Source: Fibrobacterales bacterium (lineage in GTDB: Bacteria > Fibrobacterota > Fibrobacteria > Fibrobacterales > JAOPTW01). From it: DNA of 25,437 nt. The translations under genes were made by a program, and so were the position numbers. The notes below the pieces were generated by a model, which was not told the DNA's origin, made no database searches, and worked only from the letters and a program-made list of their open reading frames with translations. Shown one piece after another: positions 17,371-25,437 of this stretch. How positions within the stretch are numbered: position 1 is the stretch's first letter; the number at the start of each line of letters is the position of its first letter. The stretch lies in assembly GCA_051532055.1 (NCBI GenBank), contig JAOPTX010000028.1, positions 1 to 25,437 of the forward strand. Reading direction: 5' to 3'.

Positions 17371-18096
17371 ATGTACATAAAAATGGTATTTATCAGCCTT
17401 TTATTACTCTCCACTATTTATTCAGAACAATATAACAGCCTCGAAGATGCCCAAATTGCAGGTACGACCAAGCAAGAAGGTGATTTTATCTACGTAACAA
17501 TCCATGATACCATCTATACAAATACTTGTAACTGCGATACCATTATCAATCCATGCCCGCAGACTAATGAAGGTTCCTTCTTCCAATCCATAGAGCATAG
17601 TATTCACTCTAACCTTTTAACGCTTGTCTCCTTTGATGCACACATAAAATACAGTGCAACTATGGATAGTATTCATACCATTACTACTGAAGTAGGCACT
17701 CTCGCAAGTAGAAATGGCTGGTTTGTTTTAGGCGGCTACCACTATGGCTTTAGCAAGCTCCAGGATGACCCTTGGTTTATAGGTACCCAATTAAACTGGG
17801 CCCAAATGGATGGGGATTATAACATTGGAGAAAAAATGGATAAATTAGTACACATACAATCCTATGTTGGAACTCTTGGGATCTTTGTAGGAAGCCGTAC
17901 TCAGTGGAAATCAGGCTTTTTTGCAGAATGGCGGGTCGGCCCTTCAATTCCATACTACTGGGAAAAAAACTACACAAATTACAAGAACCACCCACAAACT
18001 CAGTTTGAAAAAGATGTAGAAGATTATGATTCTATTTTAAAAACAATGACCTATGTATTTGGAGGAAGCGGACTGAATGTTGGCTGGCTCTTCTAA
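17371..18096 (+). CDS. Hypothetical exported protein, probable outer-membrane beta-barrel
   Basis: Signal peptide; amphipathic strands; C-terminal GLNVGWLF beta-signal-like ending; stop overlaps the modC stop. Confidence 0.6.
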   Translation: MYIKMVFISLLLLSTIYSEQYNSLEDAQIAGTTKQEGDFIYVTIHDTIYTNTCNCDTIINPCPQTNEGSFFQSIEHSIHSNLLTLVSFDAHIKYSATMDSIHTITTEVGTLASRNGWFVLGGYHYGFSKLQDDPWFIGTQLNWAQMDGDYNIGEKMDKLVHIQSYVGTLGIFVGSRTQWKSGFFAEWRVGPSIPYYWEKNYTNYKNHPQTQFEKDVEDYDSILKTMTYVFGGSGLNVGWLF

Positions 18097-19190
18097 AGAG
18101 AATCAACCTGTACCGCACTGGCCTTAAATAGACAATAAATCAATTGCCCTTTACCCAGTTCTAAACTACGAAAGGATTCAATTGAGATTACTGTATACAA
18201 TGGAAACCCACAATCAATCAAGCAGCGCACCTGCGTTCCTTCGACAATAAGTTCCTTTATGACTCCACGAATTTGATTTGCTGTAGATATCCCACACACC
18301 TTCTTTTTTGCCAGAGAGATCGCACCAGGGTGTAAGGTACATTCAAAAAAGGTCCCTTCCTCTTTCTCCTCAACATCTGCACCCACAATATAGAGTGCAA
18401 CATCAGTGCAAATAAATGGGCGAGGTTCTACTACAACACTATGTCGACTTGATGCAGTGACTTCATTTATTTGTTTAACCTCTTTACGAACCATAAATCG
18501 ATTAATCACTGACGCGTGTTCAATGCCCCGTATACCGGAATTAAACAAAAGGTGATCGATAGAACCTTGCCATGCTATCGACCTATCATCAATAACCGCA
18601 ACACGGGAAGTGAGTCGCATAATATCAGCAAGCTCATGGGATACGACTAAAATAGGGAGCGCATACTGGGCCTGAATTTTTTTAAGAAAGGGTATAATTT
18701 GATATCTTCGTTCACTATCAAGAGCAGAAAATGGTTCATCAAGAAGTAATACATCAGGCTCTTGTAATAAGGTACGCCCGAGAGCAACTCGCTGTTTTTC
18801 ACCACCTGAAAGAGTCTCAGGATACGCTGTAAGAAGTCCTGTTATATCAAGTAATGAAGCAACCTCACTCAACCTATCTAAACCTGGTTTGCTATAGCGC
18901 AAATTTTGCACTACCGTCATATGAGGAAAAAGGCGACTCTCTTGAAAAACCACACCAACACTTCGTTTATGTGGCGATAGCCAAGTTCCTGCATTACTAT
19001 CCGTGAGTATTGTACCGTTAAGCTTGACCACGCCTTTAGAAGGTTTAACAATACCAGCAATCACATTAAGAAGTGTACTTTTACCACTACCCGATCTTCC
19101 AAAAATTCCAGTAAAACCGTTATTAAATTCTGCGTTATAGGTGAACATTTCTCCACCCTGTTCTACTATGCAATTAAGCGATAGACTCAT
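18093..19190 (-). CDS. modC: Molybdate ABC transporter ATP-binding protein
   Basis: Walker A GRSGSGKST, VFQESRLFPH, LSGGEKQR, LLLDEP, VSH, C-terminal TOBE-like region; operon context. Confidence 0.93.
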   Translation of the reverse strand: MSLSLNCIVEQGGEMFTYNAEFNNGFTGIFGRSGSGKSTLLNVIAGIVKPSKGVVKLNGTILTDSNAGTWLSPHKRSVGVVFQESRLFPHMTVVQNLRYSKPGLDRLSEVASLLDITGLLTAYPETLSGGEKQRVALGRTLLQEPDVLLLDEPFSALDSERRYQIIPFLKKIQAQYALPILVVSHELADIMRLTSRVAVIDDRSIAWQGSIDHLLFNSGIRGIEHASVINRFMVRKEVKQINEVTASSRHSVVVEPRPFICTDVALYIVGADVEEKEEGTFFECTLHPGAISLAKKKVCGISTANQIRGVIKELIVEGTQVRCLIDCGFPLYTVISIESFRSLELGKGQLIYCLFKASAVQVDSL

Positions 19191-19879
19191 ATCCGCCTCC
19201 GTTTTTTCTTACTGCGGTGCGTAACATACGAAGCAACCACCATAGAGCCAAAAGCGAGAAGTACTGAACACAGTGTTACTGCGAGAGCCTCATTTTCTTT
19301 ACCAGGAACCTGCATGAGTGCATATATTTTAAGAGGTAGTGTCTGGGTTGCCCCAGCAATATTACCTGCAAACGTTATTGTCGCACCAAACTCTCCAAGT
19401 GCCCGGGCAAAACCAAGAACTGCTCCACTCAGAACTCCCGGAGCCACCAACGGTAATGTTATCGTAAAAAATTGCCGCCCTGGCCCAGCACCAAGAGTTG
19501 CAGCAGCTGTTTCGAGACCTTGAGGTGCCATCTCAAATGCAGTTTGAATAGACCGTAAAATTAAGGGAAATGACACTACACCAGCAGCGACAATTGCAGC
19601 TGTTGATGTGAAAGCCAGTTGGATGCCAAACATATCAAAGAGATAGGAGCCAACTACTCCATGTTTCCCGAGAGTGAGAATCAACAGATAGCCTAATGCA
19701 ACAGGTGGCAACACCAATGGTAGCTGTAACACAGTATTGATAACTGATTTCCCTGGAATCGCATAAGTATGTAACCCCCAGGCACATGCAAGCGCAAAAG
19801 GGGTTGCAATACCCACACTCACTAATGCGACATAGAGAGAAAGCCCAATAACTTCTATTAGTTCTGGTGAAAGCATCAT
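19187..19879 (-). CDS. modB: Molybdate ABC transporter permease
   Basis: LPLVLPPV.LGY.L, EAA-like ETAAATLGA, FARALGEFGAT..FAGNI; ATGA overlap with modC. Confidence 0.95.
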   Translation of the reverse strand: MMLSPELIEVIGLSLYVALVSVGIATPFALACAWGLHTYAIPGKSVINTVLQLPLVLPPVALGYLLILTLGKHGVVGSYLFDMFGIQLAFTSTAAIVAAGVVSFPLILRSIQTAFEMAPQGLETAAATLGAGPGRQFFTITLPLVAPGVLSGAVLGFARALGEFGATITFAGNIAGATQTLPLKIYALMQVPGKENEALAVTLCSVLLAFGSMVVASYVTHRSKKKRRRI

Positions 19880-20647
19880 CTACTGTACAAATCCATATTT
19901 ATTAAAAACCTCTTGAACATTCTTAGTGGATAGAAATTTAAAAAATACAGAAGCTTCTGGTGTTCCAGTAATCTGTATTGCAGTATACCTTATAGGTGAA
20001 TGACTCTGCTCCGGAAAAACCCCGAGAAGATGTACCTTTTTAGAGCGCTGTACGTCACTCCCATACACTATAGCATAAGGTACTTCACCTGTTTCAACAG
20101 CCATAAGTGCCGACCGTACATCCTTCGTTGGTACAATATTCTGAGCAAGACCCTCAAACCACCCATAATAGGTGAGCGCTTCACTTGCATACTTGCCAGC
20201 CGGAACATGTGCAGGGTCTCCAATAGCAATTCTACCCGCTAGTATTGGAGTAAAAAAAGCAGAAGCAGAGTCTATGACAACAGCCTGAGCCCCATTCTGT
20301 CCAATGAGTACTAAGCTATTGTGGGCTATAGGCGCGAGAGAATGATTATTTGCTAAACCAATACTATCAAGATAGTCAGCCCATTCTGTATTTGCCGAAA
20401 TATAGATATCACCCGGAGCCCCACTCACTAGTTGCCGTGCTAAGGTACCACTCGACCCTGTATTCACCAAAATTTCAATGTCATGATTTTCAGCATATAT
20501 CGATATGATCTCATCAATCACATCTGAAAAACTTGCAGCTACATGTACAATAAGACGAGAAGGAGTCCTCTCTTTATTATGATCATCACATCCTTGGATA
20601 GTCACAATCAATGCAACGAATATGTGTAGCCAAACAATCTGTCTCAT
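19880..20647 (-). CDS. modA: Molybdate ABC transporter substrate-binding lipoprotein
   Basis: Lipobox IQGC; AAS, GSSGTLARQ, DIYISA, IGDP..VPAGKYA, VYGSD. Confidence 0.93.
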   Translation of the reverse strand: MRQIVWLHIFVALIVTIQGCDDHNKERTPSRLIVHVAASFSDVIDEIISIYAENHDIEILVNTGSSGTLARQLVSGAPGDIYISANTEWADYLDSIGLANNHSLAPIAHNSLVLIGQNGAQAVVIDSASAFFTPILAGRIAIGDPAHVPAGKYASEALTYYGWFEGLAQNIVPTKDVRSALMAVETGEVPYAIVYGSDVQRSKKVHLLGVFPEQSHSPIRYTAIQITGTPEASVFFKFLSTKNVQEVFNKYGFVQ

Positions 20648-20659
20648 AATTTATGAATA

Positions 20660-20675
20660 AGCAACCTTTGTGCCA
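20660..20675 (-). promoter_or_regulatory. sigma54 (-24/-12) promoter of modABC
   Basis: Minus strand TGGCAC-AAAGG-TTGCT matches TGGCAC-N5-TTGCW with correct spacing and orientation. Confidence 0.8.
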
Positions 20676-21030
20676 GTTCTGTGGAAAGCAATTAGATTCT
20701 AAATATAACCATCTCCACTCCTACCCTATTACCTGATTGTCATTTTAATCGGTAAACATACAATTTTGTACTACAGAAGAGTTTATATCACACTTTTCAC
20801 CCAAGAGCTGAAACCTAAAATATTTAAATTAAACTGATTACTATATAACTATCAAAACAACTAAAACACACCGTAGACAATGATTTAAAAACCATAAAGA
20901 ACCTGCCAAAACAATAAGAAAACTCGATGTTAAATGTGGCGTTACAATCAATTACTCCGTAATTTTTAATATAAGTTAAGCCCATACTTATACAAATACA
21001 TATACATACATACTTGTCGTCGGGGGACAC

Positions 21031-24000
21031 ATGTCAAGATACACTGTAAGGAGTTGGGCTTCCTTAGTAATTGCTCTATTTTTTTTCATACAATCACCTC
21101 TCTTTGCACAACGTGCAAACATTGCACTCAATAAAAGCATCACAACCGATGACCCATCTCCACAGTATCCTCTGGAACGAATGGTCGATGGTAATATGAC
21201 AAGTCGATGGGCAAGTCAAGAAAACTCTTCTAAACCATGGCATATTATCATTGATTTAGAGGGCACCTTTCTCCTTGACTCAATCTACCTCGCCTGGGAA
21301 GCTGCTGGCGCTGAACACTTTACCATTGAAGTATCAACAGACAACAATCACTGGGATGAAGTAGTAGATAAACGAAATACTGGAACTGGTCCCTTTCAAA
21401 ATCGACTTAACTTCTCACCTGTTTCGGCGCAGTATGTTAAAATAAACTTCCTTGTACGCGCTACTGTGTATGGCTATTCACTCTACGAAGCGGAAGTGTA
21501 CGGTGAAACACCACCTGACTATGTTGCTTCCTTACAGATAGATGGACTAGATTCATTTTTAACCGTGGGGAAAAATAGGATCTATAGCGCAGGGGTTTAT
21601 AATGGTGAAGGAATAGAAATTTCTACAAAAAGTAGTGATATCAAATGGTCGCTAAACAGGTCGCTCCCAAGCAATGCTCAACTTTCGAACAACACAGGTA
21701 CTACTACATCGCTTTCCCCTGAAAAACCTTATCAAAAAGTCACCCTCATTGCGGAGTATACCGATAGTCAATACTCAGGACATACCTTTTTCGATTCTAT
21801 CCCTCTCTATATCAATCCCGACCCAAACAGCTACAATGGGGCAGTGCGCTGTGACATGGTGACTGCACAAGACACCTGCATCACTCTCGATGACCTCAAT
21901 GGCCTCTATCCTGATCTCCCCCAAAACATCACTCGCATAGCCGACAAAGACCTTAATATTTGCCTACCTGATGATGCGATATTTACTGCACCGGTAAATA
22001 TTGTATTTGCTATTGACATGAGTGGGAGTATGACATTTCCTCAAAATGACCCTACCTTTCTTACTCCCATCGCTGTTAAGAAAGCCATAGAAACCATCTA
22101 TGCAGAAGTACCCGATTCAAAAGTTGGATTTATGGGCTTTTCAGGTGGAGTATGTACCGGCACTGGTAAATATTCAGGTGGAGGCTATGGAAAAGGAACA
22201 AGACAAACAGAAAAGTCAAGTACCACTGTTTCCCCTAAAGCATTAGACCAAATACAATTAGATTCTCTTTATGCTCAAACTACTTATAACAAAGACGACT
22301 ATTGGTTTAATTGTGGATCAGAGTTTGGAGGTACTTCATATACCGAAGCATTTACCCTTGCCACTGAGTGGCTCGACCCCCTTGAAACCGAGTCTATAAA
22401 CAACAGTATCATTATATTTTTCACAGATGGTAATCCTGAGAATGATGATAATTTTTCAAAATATGTAGACACGCATGACTCTAGCGATCACCCTAAAGTT
22501 TACACTGTTGCCCTACAAAGCGCAATTAACGATAGTCTTGAAATTTTCATCAAAAAAACAAAAGGTTCCAAAATACTCATCGATAATGATGACAACATTG
22601 ATGGTGCAATTCAAGAAATTCTCAAAGATGCAATTTCCTCAATAACACCAGGAAACTTCACTGTATCAAATGGCACTCAATCATATACGACGGATGATTT
22701 TTCACTGCTTAATTCTAATGAAAAAAAGTATACCATTTCTGGAGATATTATTCCTCTTGCAGAAGATACCAATACCGTCATCTTTGAAGCAGTTGCAGAA
22801 TCAGATACTTCGAGTGCATTTTCCGCACGATTGAGTATCGACATTTCTGGAAAGACCCTCACTACCATTGGGAGACAATCTATTGCCGGCACCCCTTTTG
22901 ATGCAGTCTGCTATGAAACGGCTTCACTAACCGTTACTGACCAACAAGACTCTCTACTCAATGAAATCACCTTTGAAACAAGTCAGCTCAGTATTGCTCT
23001 TTCAACACCTTCATCAGTTGATGAACCAACTATCACTGCTTCAACAACCAAAGAGCGTGAAACTATTCTATTAAACACTATGATATCACCGTACAGCAGC
23101 ATCTCCTACTCCGTTGAAGTTGTTGATATTTCGCATCACGAAAACAGCGCATTCGAACTTCAAGATAGTACACATCTTAACTTTTTTTGGCGTAACCCTC
23201 TCGACCCAAGAGATAGTTCGACAATCACTATACCTATCAATGCAACCTATATAGAACCAATCCCTGATCCCGAACCAATTCGTATTCCAAAACCAGAGTT
23301 TTCATGGATATACGATGCAAACAATAATGGCACCGCTGATAGAATAGTAATAGCCTTTGACACCGCACTCACTGAACTGCCCTCTACCGTTAAATCGATA
23401 CATTGGCCCAGTGATGAAACCCGATCGGTCACAGCATCAGAAGAGTATATCTCATTTTATACAGAGGCTGACAGCACCGATTATTCAAAAGTCGTTGTGT
23501 CATACCCAGAACAAAGTCCTTTTAAAAAACACACGACTCAACAAGACGATGAGAATCTTCCCAACCTTAAGGTACTTGACCAAACAGTTACCATACTCAA
23601 CCGCATTGGACCCATAATAATTGATGCTCGGAAATCGTCATCAGACTATGAACGATACGCTATTCAACATGCAGATGGTACAACGAGTAATCACATTAGG
23701 CCCGACACCCTCCGCATTACACTCTCTGAAGCGATAGTCTTCAATGATTCTTTAAAACATAGCCTTATCGCTGTATTAAGAGATTCAGTTGCTGTAGTTC
23801 CTACTCTTGCCGCTCCTCCTTATTCAGATGATGGTATTCATTGGACGATGTATCTTGATATAAGTACCAGTAGAAATACCATCCTTGTCAATAACCTCAT
23901 CTCACTCAATCCTGCAATTACTATAACCGACTCCCTTGGTAACAAGGCTCTAAAAGTAGGACATATTGTAACAGGGATGGATGGCGTTGATAAAAGTTCT

Positions 24001-24597
24001 TTTGGAACATTTAGAGAGCCCATTGTACAATCATCAGGAAGTTTAACTACACCAACCCTGACTACTATTGAAGTACCTGTTTTCACTGAATCAGGTGAAC
24101 TCATATCTGGCACTTCTGAATTAATTCCTATTCCTCTCTCACCGACCTGGGTCCCTCCCGTTGTCGTCCCCCCTCATTTTTCTCCGAAAAATGATAATAA
24201 TACCATCGGTCAAACTTGTACCGACCCTCAAGTTGCTCAGCCATTTACTAAAGGGTGTCTCGCATCCTATGCACTCCTAACTCAAGAGGCTATGGGGGCC
24301 TATACCACCGAAGTATTTGTCTATAATAACCTCGGACACTATGTCACCCACTGGAAACAGTATTTTGGTTATTGTGGTGAATTTGACAATGCTCACCGAA
24401 TAGCCCAAACATCAACAGAAGGTGCCTTTATTAATGACCTCGCCTGGGATTTAACCGATTCAAAAGGCCGAGAAGTAGCAAGTGGTGTCTACTTTTGGAA
24501 GATTATTATGTCTTTTGCATCTGGTCAACAGCTTCAGTATAACAAAGAGGTTGGTGTGTTGAATGACCGCGAAACGTGTATGAGTCAACTGTTCTAA
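21031..24597 (+). CDS. Large secreted/surface protein: F5/8-type C (discoidin/CBM32-like) domain, Ig-like region, vWA domain, beta-rich stalk, FlgD-Ig-like C-terminal domain
   Basis: Signal peptide; NIALNK..DGN.TSRW.S..IDL..WE..YGYSLYE; MIDAS DMSGS, GGTSY, FFTDG; YDANNNGTADRI; VYNNLG..WDLTDSKGREVASGVYFWK. Confidence 0.8.
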   Translation: MSRYTVRSWASLVIALFFFIQSPLFAQRANIALNKSITTDDPSPQYPLERMVDGNMTSRWASQENSSKPWHIIIDLEGTFLLDSIYLAWEAAGAEHFTIEVSTDNNHWDEVVDKRNTGTGPFQNRLNFSPVSAQYVKINFLVRATVYGYSLYEAEVYGETPPDYVASLQIDGLDSFLTVGKNRIYSAGVYNGEGIEISTKSSDIKWSLNRSLPSNAQLSNNTGTTTSLSPEKPYQKVTLIAEYTDSQYSGHTFFDSIPLYINPDPNSYNGAVRCDMVTAQDTCITLDDLNGLYPDLPQNITRIADKDLNICLPDDAIFTAPVNIVFAIDMSGSMTFPQNDPTFLTPIAVKKAIETIYAEVPDSKVGFMGFSGGVCTGTGKYSGGGYGKGTRQTEKSSTTVSPKALDQIQLDSLYAQTTYNKDDYWFNCGSEFGGTSYTEAFTLATEWLDPLETESINNSIIIFFTDGNPENDDNFSKYVDTHDSSDHPKVYTVALQSAINDSLEIFIKKTKGSKILIDNDDNIDGAIQEILKDAISSITPGNFTVSNGTQSYTTDDFSLLNSNEKKYTISGDIIPLAEDTNTVIFEAVAESDTSSAFSARLSIDISGKTLTTIGRQSIAGTPFDAVCYETASLTVTDQQDSLLNEITFETSQLSIALSTPSSVDEPTITASTTKERETILLNTMISPYSSISYSVEVVDISHHENSAFELQDSTHLNFFWRNPLDPRDSSTITIPINATYIEPIPDPEPIRIPKPEFSWIYDANNNGTADRIVIAFDTALTELPSTVKSIHWPSDETRSVTASEEYISFYTEADSTDYSKVVVSYPEQSPFKKHTTQQDDENLPNLKVLDQTVTILNRIGPIIIDARKSSSDYERYAIQHADGTTSNHIRPDTLRITLSEAIVFNDSLKHSLIAVLRDSVAVVPTLAAPPYSDDGIHWTMYLDISTSRNTILVNNLISLNPAITITDSLGNKALKVGHIVTGMDGVDKSSFGTFREPIVQSSGSLTTPTLTTIEVPVFTESGELISGTSELIPIPLSPTWVPPVVVPPHFSPKNDNNTIGQTCTDPQVAQPFTKGCLASYALLTQEAMGAYTTEVFVYNNLGHYVTHWKQYFGYCGEFDNAHRIAQTSTEGAFINDLAWDLTDSKGREVASGVYFWKIIMSFASGQQLQYNKEVGVLNDRETCMSQLF

Positions 24598-24609
24598 TAA
24601 GCGTCAATG

Positions 24610-24641
24610 GTGTACATATGTAGTTACAGACATGTGTACAC
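24610..24641 (+). terminator. Hairpin immediately after the 1188-aa gene (terminator or stabiliser; no U-tract)
   Basis: GTGTACATATGT-AGTTACAG-ACATGTGTACAC, 12 bp with one U-G pair. Confidence 0.5.
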
Positions 24642-24797
24642 TAAGCATTATTAAAGGACTTTTAAGATACATCTCTCCGCAAGACAGCAAGCCACAATAG
24701 CGTACAACTAATTTTCCATAAACAAACAGTATACTCCAAACCTCTCCGAAAATAAGTATCTTGGCATAATCAACCACTACACACTATAGGAACGATT

Positions 24798-25397
24798 ATG
24801 TCAGATGCAAACGAGAAATTGAGTGCAATCGAAACCGCACTCTCTTCAGCTACCAAAAACGTTGATAAACACAACGAAGACCTTGTAACGCTCCATGACA
24901 AAAGCGACAGAAACGATACCGTTTTAAAACAACAGGGTAATGAACTGACCACACACCATTTAAAGATAGCTCAAAATGCATCGGGTGTAGCTCAAATCAC
25001 ACAAGAGCTCGAGTCAAGTAAAAGTAGCCTTACAGAAACAATAGACCTGCTTAAAGCCAAAATTACTCGCTTTGCTACTATCGGTGCTGCCGGTGGAGTT
25101 ATCGCTGCTGGCCTTATTCTTTTCATGTTCATTGGCTACTATTCACAAAGTAATGCACTCAATGAAGCGTTAGAGAACAACAATGCCCTTCTAAAACAGA
25201 TTGAAGCATCACATGTTCAACAACTTACTGCAATTCAAGAGCAAATCACTGCAGCCAATACAACGATCCAGGGTGTGAATACCAGCGTAGTAAAAAATGG
25301 TTCTCTGGTAAGAAGAAATGCCGGTTCTCTTAAACGAGTAATTCGCAAAAGTAATGAACTCAAAATATTGGTTAGTGAAGCACAACCTACCGAGTAA
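24798..25397 (+). CDS. Hypothetical single-pass membrane protein with coiled coils on both sides
   Basis: AGGA RBS; heptad-like N-terminus; TM segment IGAAGGVIAAGLILFMFIGYY; helical C-terminus. Confidence 0.7.
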   Translation: MSDANEKLSAIETALSSATKNVDKHNEDLVTLHDKSDRNDTVLKQQGNELTTHHLKIAQNASGVAQITQELESSKSSLTETIDLLKAKITRFATIGAAGGVIAAGLILFMFIGYYSQSNALNEALENNNALLKQIEASHVQQLTAIQEQITAANTTIQGVNTSVVKNGSLVRRNAGSLKRVIRKSNELKILVSEAQPTE

Positions 25398-25437
25398 ATT
25401 TCCGTAAGATACCTATTTCCATTATAGAAACAACAAA

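Noticed and set aside
18093..18096. Overlapping convergent stop codons
   Set aside because: Common compact arrangement; nothing further supports a function.
20680..20950. NifA UAS (TGT-N10-ACA) or ModE box upstream of modA
   Set aside because: No match found by eye.
175..24952. Many 60-110 aa antisense or alternate-frame ORFs
   Set aside because: They shadow well-supported genes or lack RBS and protein-like motifs.

Overview
AT-rich bacterial chromosomal window (roughly 38% GC by eye). The protein architectures (Ser-rich linkers, Cys-lipoproteins, a discoidin-vWA surface protein with a FlgD-like C-terminus, short C-terminal sorting-like tails) suggest Fibrobacterota or another FCB-group lineage; this is inference. 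Contents in order: tail of a probable histidine kinase, SAM methyltransferase, flavodoxin-fold NAD(P)H oxidoreductase, YeeZ-like SDR, TonB-dependent receptor, hypothetical exported protein, a hemerythrin-domain gene behind a perfect FNR-type box, a minus-strand cluster of two paralogous coiled-coil/Ser-rich/LamG lipoproteins flanking an unusually compact GH31, a ~1 kb 'intergenic' region that holds two translationally coupled small ORFs and several hairpins, thrC, an M6-like metalloprotease, a putative outer-membrane protein, modABC behind a sigma54 promoter, a 1188-aa surface protein and a coiled-coil membrane protein. The most intriguing signal is a GGGACAC (and related TGGGGAAC) word that recurs both in gene leaders/RBSs and in the loops of nearby intergenic hairpins, suggesting an undescribed RNA-level regulatory circuit (anti-SD sRNA or protein-titrating decoy). 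No CRISPR, rRNA, tRNA or mobile element was recognised. All family calls are from motif recognition by eye; no database searches were run.
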